DNA from: Candidatus Zixiibacteriota bacterium
Lineage (GTDB): Bacteria; Zixibacteria; MSB-5A5; GN15; FEB-12
DNA length: 32,785 bases
Direction: 5' to 3'
Assembly (NCBI GenBank): GCA_018816665.1
Contig: JAHIVM010000016.1
Coordinates: 1 to 32,785, forward strand
Part shown: piece by piece, positions 21,102-30,691 of the stretch
Position numbering within the stretch: position 1 is the first letter of the stretch
Layout of the letters: each line of letters opens with the position of its first letter
Position numbers and translations under genes: made by a program
The notes under the pieces: generated by a model
Database searches by the model: none
Seen by the model: the letters and a program-made list of their open reading frames with translations, nothing else
Told to the model about the DNA's origin: nothing

Positions 21102-22085
21102 GTGAAAACGTTTGCAACAATTGTCCTGTTCACCGGCCTGTTGTGCGTCGGCTCGGCGGGTGCGACAGGTCTCCTGCCGTTACATCCCGTCAACACGTAC
21201 TCGATTGTCTGCTACGACTCCGTGACGGGGGAATTCGGGGCGGCGGTTCAGTCGCACTGGTTCAAGGTAGCCGATGTCATCTGGGCGGAACCCGGGGTGG
21301 GGGTGGTGGCCACGCAGTCACTGGTCGACTTTGCCTACGGCCCCCTGGGGATCGAGATGATGAAAAACGGACGGACCGCAGCTCAGGCTCTGGCCGGATT
21401 GATCGAAAGCGATCCCAACAGTGGCGTTCGTCAGGTGGCGATGATCGATGCCGATGGCTCCGTGGTCGCCCACACGGGCGACAAGTGCATAGCCGAGGCC
21501 GGACATCGCACCGGAGCCAACTACTCTGTCCAGGCCAATCTCATGGAATACAACACGGTCTGGGATGCCATGGCGGAGGCCTTTGAGGCCACCGATGGCG
21601 ACCTGGCTGACCGCATGATGGCGGCCCTGGAGGCGGCGCAGGGCGAAGGCGGCGATATCCGGGGCAAGCAGTCGGCGGCCATGATTGTTGTGCGCGGGCA
21701 GCCCACCGGTCAGATCTGGCGGGAGAAGTTGATTGATATTCGAGTCGATGACTCGGCGGAGCCGCTGGTGGAGTTGCGTCGCCTGCTGAACATCACGCGG
21801 GCCTATGATCTCATGAACGAAGGGGATGAACTGCTGGCGGAAGAAGACTTCGACGGTGCCTCGTCGGCGTACGAGGCAGCCTCGGAACTGGCTCCGGGCA
21901 ATCTGGAAATACTCTTCTGGCACGCTGTCACCCTGGCCGGTGTGGACGAGGTGGAACGCTCTCTGCCGATCTTCAGAGAAGTGTTTGCGAAGGATGAGAA
22001 CTGGCGGACGTTGGTGCCGCGACTGGTGGCATCGGAGTTGTTACCGAACGATTCGGCGATGATTCAGAAGATTGTGGGACAGTAA
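21102..22085 (+). CDS. DUF1028 family Ntn-hydrolase-fold protein, secreted form
   Basis: GTG start with GGGAGGA 7 nt upstream, followed by a signal peptide. Family blocks: TYSIVCYDSVTGEFGAAVQSHW, GVGVVATQS, VRQVAMIDADGSVVAHTG, GEGGDIRGKQSAAMIVV. Confidence 0.8.
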   Translation: MKTFATIVLFTGLLCVGSAGATGLLPLHPVNTYSIVCYDSVTGEFGAAVQSHWFKVADVIWAEPGVGVVATQSLVDFAYGPLGIEMMKNGRTAAQALAGLIESDPNSGVRQVAMIDADGSVVAHTGDKCIAEAGHRTGANYSVQANLMEYNTVWDAMAEAFEATDGDLADRMMAALEAAQGEGGDIRGKQSAAMIVVRGQPTGQIWREKLIDIRVDDSAEPLVELRRLLNITRAYDLMNEGDELLAEEDFDGASSAYEAASELAPGNLEILFWHAVTLAGVDEVERSLPIFREVFAKDENWRTLVPRLVASELLPNDSAMIQKIVGQ

Positions 22086-22094
22086 TGTGACCAG

Positions 22095-22126
22095 GCTGCG
22101 GGCGGTTGTTTTCAGCCGCCTGCAGC
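22095..22126. terminator. Hairpin between convergent genes, possible bidirectional terminator
   Basis: GCTGCGGGCGG (22095-22105) pairs with CCGCCTGCAGC (22116-22126) with one G-T wobble. The loop is TTGTTTTCAG. Confidence 0.5.
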
Positions 22127-22149
22127 GCCGAAGTTTCAGATGTCTGAGT

Positions 22150-23289
22150 TCACGGCCGGGGTATCACTGTTTTCGATCCGTCAACGTGAACGCGATAAAA
22201 CATCCCGTCGCGCCACTCCAACGCCTGAAGTCCACCCAGTTCCTTCACCGGCACATCGATAGAGATCATGCGACCATCGTACCAGGTTTGGATGCTGTCC
22301 CATTCCGTGTGACCGACAACCATCGCTGTGGCGTTAAACGTGTTGAGTACGCTGGTCAGATCGTTGTCACCGGCCGGCTCATAGTCCTCATCGCCGAAAA
22401 AGCCGCGGAACCAGAGCGGACCGGAACTGCGATACAGAAAGTTCGAGGGATGTCCGAACGTCAGTTCGGGCGATGAAACGTCCAGCCCGGCTCGCACCAG
22501 CCGGTTGATTGCGCCCATGTCATCGTATTCTGCCAGAACTTCCGGACTGACTCCGGCGTGGACAAACAGTATGTCGTTGATTCGAATCATCGTCGGTTTC
22601 GTGCGCAGCCAGCGTCCCAGTTCCATGTCCGGGCCGTACAGGTCCTGATGGTCAATGCGAGTTTTCCTGCAGATGCCTTTCAGGTATTTTTTGTGGATGT
22701 AGCGATTATCACCGCGCAGTACCATGAGTTCGTGATTCCCCAGCAGGTAGTGGACCCGACCACCGGCGATCTGCGCCTCCTGCTCCAGGCGATAGATGAG
22801 CCAGAGGCACTCAGTAACAAACTCACCGCGATCGAACACGTCACCGTTGATCACCAGATGGCCGCTGCCCCAGTTCCAGTGCCCCTCCTTATCGACAACG
22901 CCGCCGGTAGCCAGTATGCTCCGGAAGGCATCGTATTCTCCGTGAAGGTCGCTCACGGCAAGAACCCTCGTCACATTGTCATACGTACTGGGAGGGATTA
23001 ACGGTGCCTTGGCCGGGACGACGTAACGAGTGATCGAGTCCTCGCAAGCGCCGGCAAAAGTCAACGTGTCGCTGCTGTTGCGGGCAACGGGGTAGCGCTG
23101 CTGCACGAATTCGCCATCGCACAGGTAGAACACAATAGCCTGGCCATCTGGCGTCCAGTACACATGAGGGCCATCGTCATACTTAGTAACGGAATCCGCA
23201 TCTTCGTCTGCGAGCGCTGTTCCGGTACCTGCGAGAAACGACACGAGGACAAGTGGCAGAACGCGGAAGAATGTGAATGGTCTGAACAT
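22150..23289 (-). CDS. Secreted PPP-type metallophosphoesterase (calcineurin-like)
   Basis: 379 aa. Signal peptide: MFRPFTFFRVLPLVLVSFLAGTGTALA. Motifs: SDLHG, INGDVFDRG, LLGNHE, FVHAG. Confidence 0.85.
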   Translation of the reverse strand: MFRPFTFFRVLPLVLVSFLAGTGTALADEDADSVTKYDDGPHVYWTPDGQAIVFYLCDGEFVQQRYPVARNSSDTLTFAGACEDSITRYVVPAKAPLIPPSTYDNVTRVLAVSDLHGEYDAFRSILATGGVVDKEGHWNWGSGHLVINGDVFDRGEFVTECLWLIYRLEQEAQIAGGRVHYLLGNHELMVLRGDNRYIHKKYLKGICRKTRIDHQDLYGPDMELGRWLRTKPTMIRINDILFVHAGVSPEVLAEYDDMGAINRLVRAGLDVSSPELTFGHPSNFLYRSSGPLWFRGFFGDEDYEPAGDNDLTSVLNTFNATAMVVGHTEWDSIQTWYDGRMISIDVPVKELGGLQALEWRDGMFYRVHVDGSKTVIPRP

Positions 23290-23340
23290 CCGGCAACACC
23301 CCGGGTTGAGAAGTGATGTCAGGGTTGATCACCCGAACGG

Positions 23341-24996
23341 TTACTCTTCGGGAAGAGCAACCATGCGAGCCAGCTCCCTGGTGGTTTGTGTTTTGTTTAA
23401 CCGGGCGACCCGAATCACAGCCCGGCCTTCATGCTCGGCGGTTTTCTCTGCTTTGTAGTGGTGGTCGGCCAGGCGGGCAATCTGGTGCAGATGTGTTACC
23501 ACAACAACCTGACAATCTTCGGATAGCTTGCGGAGCTTTTTGCCTACTTCCACGGCAGTCTGTCCGCCAATACCGGCGTCGACCTCGTCAAACACGAGCA
23601 ACGAGTGTCTCAGGCTGTTGCTTTTTTTCTCGGCTGCCTTCAACGCCAGCAGAACGCGGGAGATTTCGCCACCCGAGGCTGTTTTTACCAGCGACTTCAG
23701 CGGCTCGCCGGGATTGGCTGAAAAGAGAAAACAACCGTTGTCCAGGCCGTGGGGAAAAGGCTTCACCGGTCGGCCATCGAGTTGAACGCCATCGGCCTGT
23801 GCCTCGTATTCAAAAGCGAACTCAAACCCGCCGTTATCAATGGCAAGCTCGGCAAGTTCTTTCACAACCAGCTTTTTGAGGTACTTCGCCGCCTTCCGTC
23901 GGACCTCGGTGAGCTTCAGCGCGGCGCCGGTGTACTTCTCCCGGCATCCTGCTTCCCCGGTTTCCAGGCGGGCTATTAAGGCATCGGTGTCCGGACGATC
24001 ATGCAGCTTAGCGTGAATTGATTCGAGTGTATCGAGAATACTCTGTTCGGAGCCGCCGTACTTCTGCTTCAGCTGGTAGATTTCGTCGAGCCGCTCGTTA
24101 ATCTCTTCAAGGCGGTTGGGATCATCGGGGATCGAATCGCCGTATTGCTCGATAGAACGTCGCACCTCCTCGAGCTGGAAGTCGATATCGGTAACCTGTT
24201 CCGCCAGCGGAGTCAGGCCGGCATCCACGCCCGCCATTTTGTCCATCTCTTTGTGGACCAGGCGCAGACGATCAAGCAGGGAACCCTCGTCGCCGTCAAG
24301 AATGTCGCCTATCAGCCTGGCCGATTCGGTGAGTGCGCGGGAGCTGTCCAGGATGCGACGTTCCTGATTCAACTCGTTTTCTTCACCTACCCGTATATCC
24401 GCCTTTTCGATTTCCTGCTGCTGAAACAGGAGCAGCTCGCGCTCGCGGGCGAGTTCTTCGCGACGGGAGAGCGTTCGCTTCAGGTCCCGGCGGGCCTGTT
24501 CCCAATCCTCATACAGCGCGGTGATCTCCACCCGCTGGTCATCCAGCGATGCAAAGTGATCCAGGAAGCGCAGGTGGTTCTCCTCGTTCATCAACATCTG
24601 GTTGGCATGTTGGCCGAGAATTTCGCCCAGCGGTTCGGTGAGTTGTTTCAACCGTGAGACGATCGACACATCCCCGTTGATTTTGACCTTGGAGTTACCC
24701 TCGCGAAAGACGGCTCGCTCTACCGTAAACTGTCCGTCCGGGAAGTAGTCGGCAAAATCCTCCCGATATTCTCGGGGCATGCTCTCAGTGCGGAAGGTTG
24801 CCTCGACAACAGCTTTCGTGGCGCCGTGACGGATATATTCCTTCTCCGCCCGCGCCCCGAGGGCCAGTCCGAGAGCGCTCACAATCACAGATTTGCCTGC
24901 CCCGGTCTCGCCGGTCAAAACGGACATGCCTTTGGCGAAGTCGAGTTCGAGGTCATCGACCAGCGCCAGATTTTGTATTTTGATATGCGTCAGCAT
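23341..24996 (-). CDS. recN: DNA repair protein RecN
   Basis: 551 aa. Walker A is LTGETGAGKS, followed by a long coiled-coil middle. Signature is ASGGEISRV and Walker B is LLVFDEVDAGIGG. Confidence 0.93.
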   Translation of the reverse strand: MLTHIKIQNLALVDDLELDFAKGMSVLTGETGAGKSVIVSALGLALGARAEKEYIRHGATKAVVEATFRTESMPREYREDFADYFPDGQFTVERAVFREGNSKVKINGDVSIVSRLKQLTEPLGEILGQHANQMLMNEENHLRFLDHFASLDDQRVEITALYEDWEQARRDLKRTLSRREELARERELLLFQQQEIEKADIRVGEENELNQERRILDSSRALTESARLIGDILDGDEGSLLDRLRLVHKEMDKMAGVDAGLTPLAEQVTDIDFQLEEVRRSIEQYGDSIPDDPNRLEEINERLDEIYQLKQKYGGSEQSILDTLESIHAKLHDRPDTDALIARLETGEAGCREKYTGAALKLTEVRRKAAKYLKKLVVKELAELAIDNGGFEFAFEYEAQADGVQLDGRPVKPFPHGLDNGCFLFSANPGEPLKSLVKTASGGEISRVLLALKAAEKKSNSLRHSLLVFDEVDAGIGGQTAVEVGKKLRKLSEDCQVVVVTHLHQIARLADHHYKAEKTAEHEGRAVIRVARLNKTQTTRELARMVALPEE

Positions 24997-26720
24997 TACA
25001 ACCCGTGCCGTTTCAATTCCTGCAGGATGCGATCCGCTTTGTCCTGATCACCATCGGACTCCGCCTGCAGCAGTTCTTTCTTCAGTTGCGTATGGATACG
25101 CTTTAGTTTGCGTTCGCGAAACCGTTTAGTCCGTGCCCGTGCCTCTGAAGTGATAGTATCGGGTTCCCAGTCGGTCGAGGCCACCCGGCCAAGTACGGAA
25201 ATCAGCTCCTCGTCCTGAAAATGTTCAACCAGCCGGCTTGCACTCAGGGCACCGTCCATCTTGTACTGGGTGATCATGGCCGAGTACAATCGAGAAAGCT
25301 GCTTGGAATCGAAATCATCGGGCGCGACCGCCTCAAGAATCTCATCGATTGAACCCGGATTGTGGAACAGTAGCGACAGGAAATCGGTTTCCAGCTTGTT
25401 GCTGACGGGCGGGGCAGGGGGACGAGCGACCGCTGATGTCCGACCGGCCTCGGCAGCGTTTGTGAACAATGACTGGTCAACTCCGAGCACCTGGGCTGCC
25501 TCCTGCACAAAGAGGGAGCGCCGAGTAACATCGTCGACTTTCTGTGACAGTTCCGCCAACTCCTTGATCAGCTTCTCTCGGGCAATGATGCCCGACTTCT
25601 TCAGGTCGATATTGCGGACACGGTACTGGATATAGGGGAGAGCGTCATACTGAAGCTCTTCTATCTTGTCCCGTCCGAACTTCTGGGCAATCGAATCGGG
25701 GTCTTCGCCCTCGGGTGCCTGCATCACCTTTACTTCCAGACCGGCATCAAAAAGAGCGTCGATAGATCTCAGGGCCGCCTGTTGTCCGGCGGAGTCGGCA
25801 TCAAAGAACAAATACACTTCGTCGGCAAAACGGGCCAGCAAGTGTGCCTGTTGGGAGGTGAACGCGGTCCCGGACGAGGCTACCACGTTGCGAACATCAA
25901 CCTGCCACAGCGACAGGACATCAAAATAGCCTTCCACCACAATCACGGAGTTGGCTTTGCGAATGAAGTCGCGGGTGAAGTTCAGTCCGTACAAAACATT
26001 ACTTTTGTGATACAGCGGCGTTTCGGGGGAATTTACGTACTTGGCAGGTTCGCCTTTGGTCAGCGTACGGCCGCCGAAAGCAATTGGTTTCTGGCTGAGA
26101 TTGAAGATGGGGATCATCAGCCGCTGACGGAAACGGTCATAGGCATTGCCGGTCTTTTCGGATATCCCGGCCAGGCCGGCCTTGACCAGTTCCTCGGGTT
26201 TCAAATCCTTGGTTTCCGCAAAGCGAACAAACTCGTCCCAGCCTTCACCGGCCAGACCGAGCTTGAATTGATTAATCGTTTTGGTCTCGAGTCCGCGGCG
26301 CTTTTTTACGTAGTTTTCCAGAACGGACTTATAGCGCGGACCCAACAGGACATCATGGTAGTACTCGACCGCAACGGCATGGGCGTAATTCAGTCGTTCC
26401 ATGAGTTCGCGTTTGTAGTCACCGCCCGCGTCTTCCTTGATCGATATGTTGGCGCGGGTGGCCAGGAACCGAACGGCATCGGCAAACGACATGGCCTCAT
26501 GTTCCATGAGAAACGAAAACACATTGCCGCCTTTGCCGCAGCCAAAGCAATAAAACAACTGATTGTCCTGGGATACTTTGAAGGAGGGCGTTTTTTCCTC
26601 GTGGAACGGGCAGCATGCCCAGTGGTAGCGACCGCGCTTTTTGAGCGGGGCATACTGGTTGACGATCTGCACAATGTCAGTCGCCTGGCGGACCTGCTCT
26701 ATGGTTTCCTGATCAATCAT
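24996..26720 (-). CDS. dnaG: DNA primase
   Basis: 574 aa. Zinc ribbon: CPFHEEKTPSFKV...FYCFGCGKGGNVFSFLM. TOPRIM: VVEGYFDV ... LFFDADSAGQQA. Confidence 0.93.
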   Translation of the reverse strand: MIDQETIEQVRQATDIVQIVNQYAPLKKRGRYHWACCPFHEEKTPSFKVSQDNQLFYCFGCGKGGNVFSFLMEHEAMSFADAVRFLATRANISIKEDAGGDYKRELMERLNYAHAVAVEYYHDVLLGPRYKSVLENYVKKRRGLETKTINQFKLGLAGEGWDEFVRFAETKDLKPEELVKAGLAGISEKTGNAYDRFRQRLMIPIFNLSQKPIAFGGRTLTKGEPAKYVNSPETPLYHKSNVLYGLNFTRDFIRKANSVIVVEGYFDVLSLWQVDVRNVVASSGTAFTSQQAHLLARFADEVYLFFDADSAGQQAALRSIDALFDAGLEVKVMQAPEGEDPDSIAQKFGRDKIEELQYDALPYIQYRVRNIDLKKSGIIAREKLIKELAELSQKVDDVTRRSLFVQEAAQVLGVDQSLFTNAAEAGRTSAVARPPAPPVSNKLETDFLSLLFHNPGSIDEILEAVAPDDFDSKQLSRLYSAMITQYKMDGALSASRLVEHFQDEELISVLGRVASTDWEPDTITSEARARTKRFRERKLKRIHTQLKKELLQAESDGDQDKADRILQELKRHGL

Positions 26721-29095
26721 TTCTTCAGTTTGACAACCGTCACACCGGCGCCGCCTTCGTTCCAGTTACCCAGTCTGATGGAGGCAACCTCGGGGTGTGA
26801 TTTGAGATACTCGGAGAGACTGCGCCGCAATGCCCCGGTGCCCTTGCCGTGGATGACATACGCCTGGTGCAACCCGGCCACCACGGCCTGGTCAAGGAAG
26901 CGGTCCACCGCATCGCGTGCTTCATCGACCGTCATCCCCCGCAAGTGCAACTCCGGGCTCATCTCACCGACCGATGGCATACTGCCAACCCCGGATGAAA
27001 CCTGTCGGGGAGCCGCTGCGGATTTGAGTTTCTCAAGATTGCGAAGTTCCACCCAGGTGTTCATGCTGCCCACGCGCACGCGCGCTTTGGATTTGCCTGA
27101 CAGCTCTTCGAGAATGCCTTCCTGGTTGAGCGAGATAATTCGGACCGTGTCGCCCACCCCGAAGGAATCCGGATCCGCCGCCCGGTTTTTTTTGGGCGCC
27201 TGGCGCCGGCGGATGCCATCGGCCTGTTGCGTCTGCTTCTGCAGGAAGTGGTGGATTTCCTTGACACTGTCTTTGTCGGCCTGTGACTTGCGAATCTCGG
27301 CCACCAGCCGCTCGGTTTCTCGACGCGATTCATTGAGGAGCGCAGTCGTTTCTTCCAGTGCCTCGGCACGAGCCCTGTCGATTTCCTCTTTGAACTTTTC
27401 GGTCTCCTGCCGGTAGCGTTCTTCAAGCTCGCGTGCTTTGGCCAGGCGGTCAGTCAGTTCCATTTTGTCCGTGCGAACCTGCGACAACTCCGCCTCGAGG
27501 CTGGCAATCAAATCGGCCAGCGACCGTTCACCCTCACCCAGCAGTTCTGTCGACTGCTTGCAGATCTCCTTGGGCATACCGAGCCGTCCGGCGATTTCAA
27601 TGGCATACGACGACCCCGGGATACCCAGCTTCAAGCGATAGGTCGGGGCCAGGGTTTCCCGGTCAAACTCCAGCGACGCGTTTTCTACCTGGGGACGGTC
27701 GAGCGCCAGGGTTTTGAGCTGTGAGTAGTGCGTGGAGGTCACCAGGATGGCTCCGCGGTCGACCAGGTACGTGACAATTGCTTCGGCCAGCGCCGCGCCC
27801 TCTTTGGGGTCGGTGCCGGCGCCGATTTCATCCAGTAATACCAGCGTGCGCGGGGAGACCTTGTCGGTGGCCCGAATGATGTTCCTGATATGCGAGGAAA
27901 AGGTCGAGAGCGACAGTTCGATTGACTGCTCATCGCCGATGTCGGCAAACACCTTATCAAACAGTCCCACCGATGACTTGGCATCGGCCGGTATCGGCAG
28001 ACCCGACAAAGCCATCAGAACAGACAGTCCGACCGTCTTGAGGGCGATTGTTTTGCCGCCGGTATTGGGTCCGGTCATGATGAGTGCCCGACGGTCGTCA
28101 TCGAGTCGAAGCGTCAGCGGCACGACATTTTTGACCGATCGGGTCTGCAGTATCAACAGCGGGTGCCGCGAGTCGATCAAATCAATGAGTGGTTTATCGC
28201 AGATGACCGGGCGGTGGCACTCCAGTTCATTGCCGGCTTTGGCCGAACCGTAGACAGCATCCAGATGGCCGATCAGTCGGGTGTTATTGATCAGACCTTC
28301 GACCCGCGCCGAAATCTCGGCGGTTAGAGCCCGAAGGATGCGCACGATTTCGTTGCGTTCCTCCTGCATAAGCAGGTTGACGCGGTTGTTTAGTTCGACC
28401 GTCTCCTGGGGTTCAATATAGAACGTCGCCCCGGACTGGCTGCGGTCGTGCAGGATGCCCTGGTCGCTGCGGTACTGACTGGCAACGATAGGTATGACAT
28501 AGCGGTCGTTGCGCTGCGTGATAACATCGTCCTGCCACCCGGCCGTCTTTTGCTTGGCAGATAGTATATTCTCAAGCCTGGATAGTATTCGACGTTTGGA
28601 TTCAGCCAGTTCACGCCGGATGCGTCGCAGAGCCTGTGACGCGGAATCTTTGATTTCGCCGGTCTCGTCTATAGCCTGATTGATAGCCGCGGCAAGTTCC
28701 GGGAAGGCACGGATCTGGATCAAGTATTCGGTGAGATGTGGGAAATTGTCCCGGCTTTCCCGGTCGTACTGGTACAGGCCGATTGACACCTCCACCAGTT
28801 CAAGAACCCGGCGGATTTCGTCAGGGGGCAGGAACACGCCGTCGACCCGGGCGGCATCGAGAATGTCAAGGCAGTCCTCGAGTCGGTAAAGGGGAAAGGC
28901 GGTGCCAAACTTGAGGATATCCTGCATTTCGGCTATGTCGTTCAGGCGTGACTCGATAGCCGGTTTGTCGCTCATGGGGGAAAACGCCGCTACCGCCGTT
29001 TTGCCGTAGGGAGTGAGGCACTTTCCCGAAATGTGGGCGATTACTTTCGGAAACTCAAGTGTGTCTAAGGTATGCTGATCGATCATGGTAGCCAC
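26717..29095 (-). CDS. mutS2: Endonuclease MutS2 (MutS domain V plus C-terminal Smr)
   Basis: 792 aa. The start is GTG at 29095 or ATG at 29086. Walker A: MTGPNTGGKTIALKTVG; then DEIGAGTDP. Smr domain: LHLRGMTVDEARDAVDRFLD...YVIHGKGTGALR. Confidence 0.93.
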   Translation of the reverse strand: MATMIDQHTLDTLEFPKVIAHISGKCLTPYGKTAVAAFSPMSDKPAIESRLNDIAEMQDILKFGTAFPLYRLEDCLDILDAARVDGVFLPPDEIRRVLELVEVSIGLYQYDRESRDNFPHLTEYLIQIRAFPELAAAINQAIDETGEIKDSASQALRRIRRELAESKRRILSRLENILSAKQKTAGWQDDVITQRNDRYVIPIVASQYRSDQGILHDRSQSGATFYIEPQETVELNNRVNLLMQEERNEIVRILRALTAEISARVEGLINNTRLIGHLDAVYGSAKAGNELECHRPVICDKPLIDLIDSRHPLLILQTRSVKNVVPLTLRLDDDRRALIMTGPNTGGKTIALKTVGLSVLMALSGLPIPADAKSSVGLFDKVFADIGDEQSIELSLSTFSSHIRNIIRATDKVSPRTLVLLDEIGAGTDPKEGAALAEAIVTYLVDRGAILVTSTHYSQLKTLALDRPQVENASLEFDRETLAPTYRLKLGIPGSSYAIEIAGRLGMPKEICKQSTELLGEGERSLADLIASLEAELSQVRTDKMELTDRLAKARELEERYRQETEKFKEEIDRARAEALEETTALLNESRRETERLVAEIRKSQADKDSVKEIHHFLQKQTQQADGIRRRQAPKKNRAADPDSFGVGDTVRIISLNQEGILEELSGKSKARVRVGSMNTWVELRNLEKLKSAAAPRQVSSGVGSMPSVGEMSPELHLRGMTVDEARDAVDRFLDQAVVAGLHQAYVIHGKGTGALRRSLSEYLKSHPEVASIRLGNWNEGGAGVTVVKLKK

Positions 29096-29102
29096 TATTA
29101 GT

Positions 29103-29128
29103 CAAAAAAAACCGGCCCGCAGGCCGGT
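29103..29128 (-). terminator. Strong intrinsic terminator between cvpA and mutS2
   Basis: On the minus strand, ACCGGCC (29128-29122) pairs with GGCCGGT (29117-29111) around the loop TGCG, followed by a run of seven T (29110-29104). Confidence 0.8.
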
Positions 29129-29159
29129 TTAATATATGCCAACTGCTCGCAAATGGAAA

Positions 29160-29804
29160 TCAAATTTGGCTGTTGTCCAGGCCCGTGTTGAAGAACCGGT
29201 CTATCTGGTGCATCACGCGGTAAATCTCGGCCCGGTCCTCGGTCAACATATCGTTGCCCTCGCTGGTTTTCATGGGGGCCACGATAATCGCGTTCTCGAT
29301 CTGGCCCACAAAACTCGTTTTTTGCGGATGTACGGCATTGGTTCCCTCGTACATCAGTGGAACCGTCTTGGCGACGGTCGGGCCAAACAACGAGGCCTCA
29401 AAATCGACATAAAAGCGTTCCGGCATCGGCAGGAGAAACATCAGGAACGTCAGGAAGCCGATCGCCGCCCATCCGCGCAGGAACCCGATCAGGGCGCCGC
29501 CCATCTGGTCCCGCCGGCCGGAGGTTTTGATCGCCGCCACTTTGTAGAAAAGCAAGCCCAGGATTTTGAATCCGGCGTATGTTGCCGCCAGGAGGATCGC
29601 AAAGGACAAAAACGCGGCTACCAGGGGAGAGCCGCCGACCTTGTCGTAGACCCACACGGCGAAGTTGTCGATGTAGTTCACCGAGACGATTATCGCGACA
29701 AAAAAGACGACAAAAGCCATCAGCTCACGAATAAGACCCTTCTTGGATCCTATGATCACCGACACCAGCAGCAAGACAAGAAGTACACCGTCAATCCAGT
29801 TCAT
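29160..29804 (-). CDS. cvpA: CvpA family membrane protein
   Basis: 214 aa. N-terminus MNWIDGVLLVLLLVSVIIGSKKGLIRELMAFVVFFVAIIVS, with four hydrophobic helices typical of CvpA. Confidence 0.8.
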   Translation of the reverse strand: MNWIDGVLLVLLLVSVIIGSKKGLIRELMAFVVFFVAIIVSVNYIDNFAVWVYDKVGGSPLVAAFLSFAILLAATYAGFKILGLLFYKVAAIKTSGRRDQMGGALIGFLRGWAAIGFLTFLMFLLPMPERFYVDFEASLFGPTVAKTVPLMYEGTNAVHPQKTSFVGQIENAIIVAPMKTSEGNDMLTEDRAEIYRVMHQIDRFFNTGLDNSQI

Positions 29805-29860
29805 ACACTACTCCCTGTGACCTTATACCCGATTCTACTGGAAGATAGAAGTTTCTTAAA

Positions 29861-30307
29861 TCACTTCGCAAGCAATTCCGTCACCAGCCGACTGACCAGC
29901 TTGCCGTCGGCCAGACCCTTCACCCGGGGCATAAGGACCTTCATAACGAGGCCCATGTCTTTGGGTGATGCGGCTCCGGACTCCGCGACCGCCTGTTGCA
30001 CGATTGCGCGCAACTCTTCTTCTGATAGCTGTTTAGGGAGGTAGGCCTCGATAACGGCCAGCTCCCGCGACTCCTTGGCTACCAGGTCTTCGCGGCCGCC
30101 GTTGCGGAATTGCTCGATAGACTCGCGGCGCTTTTTGGCCGCACTGGTGAGAACCTCAAGCACCTGTTCGTCGGTAAGCTCAGCGCCTTCCTTGATTTGC
30201 CGGTACTTGAGATCAGACTTGAGGCCCCTAAGTACGGTGAGTTTCTCTTTCTCACCGGCCTTAAGGGCCCCGATCACATCTTGATCAATAGTCTTGATGA
30301 GGGACAT
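29861..30307 (-). CDS. yqeY: GatB/YqeY domain protein
   Basis: 148 aa. ...ALKAGEKEKLTVLRGLKSDLKY...RRESIEQFRNGGREDLVAKESRELAVIEAYLPKQLSEEEL...ASPKDMGLVMKVLMPRVKGLADGKLVS. Confidence 0.85.
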   Translation of the reverse strand: MSLIKTIDQDVIGALKAGEKEKLTVLRGLKSDLKYRQIKEGAELTDEQVLEVLTSAAKKRRESIEQFRNGGREDLVAKESRELAVIEAYLPKQLSEEELRAIVQQAVAESGAASPKDMGLVMKVLMPRVKGLADGKLVSRLVTELLAK

Positions 30308-30510
30308 CAGCCCTTCAGCTCCTCCAGAAGCCGGGAACGTCGGGCTTTGCGGCGAGCCGCGGCCAACTTGCGTTTTTTGGTTTCTGAGGGTTTCTCGAAA
30401 TGCTGGTGTTTTTTGTAGTCGGAAAGAATACCCGACTTCTCGCAGAATTTATTGAAACGTCGAAGAGCCTTCTCAAAGGACTCATCGTCTCTTACTCTAA
30501 CTCCGGTCAA
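30307..30510 (-). CDS. rpsU: 30S ribosomal protein S21
   Basis: I place the start at TTG 30510, with GGGAGGTG 6 nt upstream. The product (M)TGVRVRDDESFEKALRRFNKFCEKSGILSDYKKHQHFEKPSE... is collinear with E. coli S21 ([27 protein letters not shown]...). The track's ATG at 30546 has no SD and adds 12 atypical residues. Confidence 0.85.
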   Translation of the reverse strand: MTGVRVRDDESFEKALRRFNKFCEKSGILSDYKKHQHFEKPSETKKRKLAAARRKARRSRLLEELKG

Positions 30511-30691
30511 GTAACACACCTCCCTTAGCGGAGACAAAAAGTTCATTCGATATCCGTTCGTGCTGAACAGTACCTACCTATCGGCAAGTTCCGCAAAAAC
30601 TTGCTAAATGTCAACAGCTAATGCAATTACACCCGATTGACTGCCCCCGGGGACCCCGATTTCGGGCAAATTAAGACCCAAAATAAGGGGA

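Noticed and set aside
25782-27416. 544-aa plus-strand ORF spanning the dnaG/mutS2 junction
   Set aside because: It is antisense to two genes with unambiguous family motifs. It has low-complexity Arg/Ala/Ser/Gly-rich composition typical of GC-rich shadow frames and no SD.
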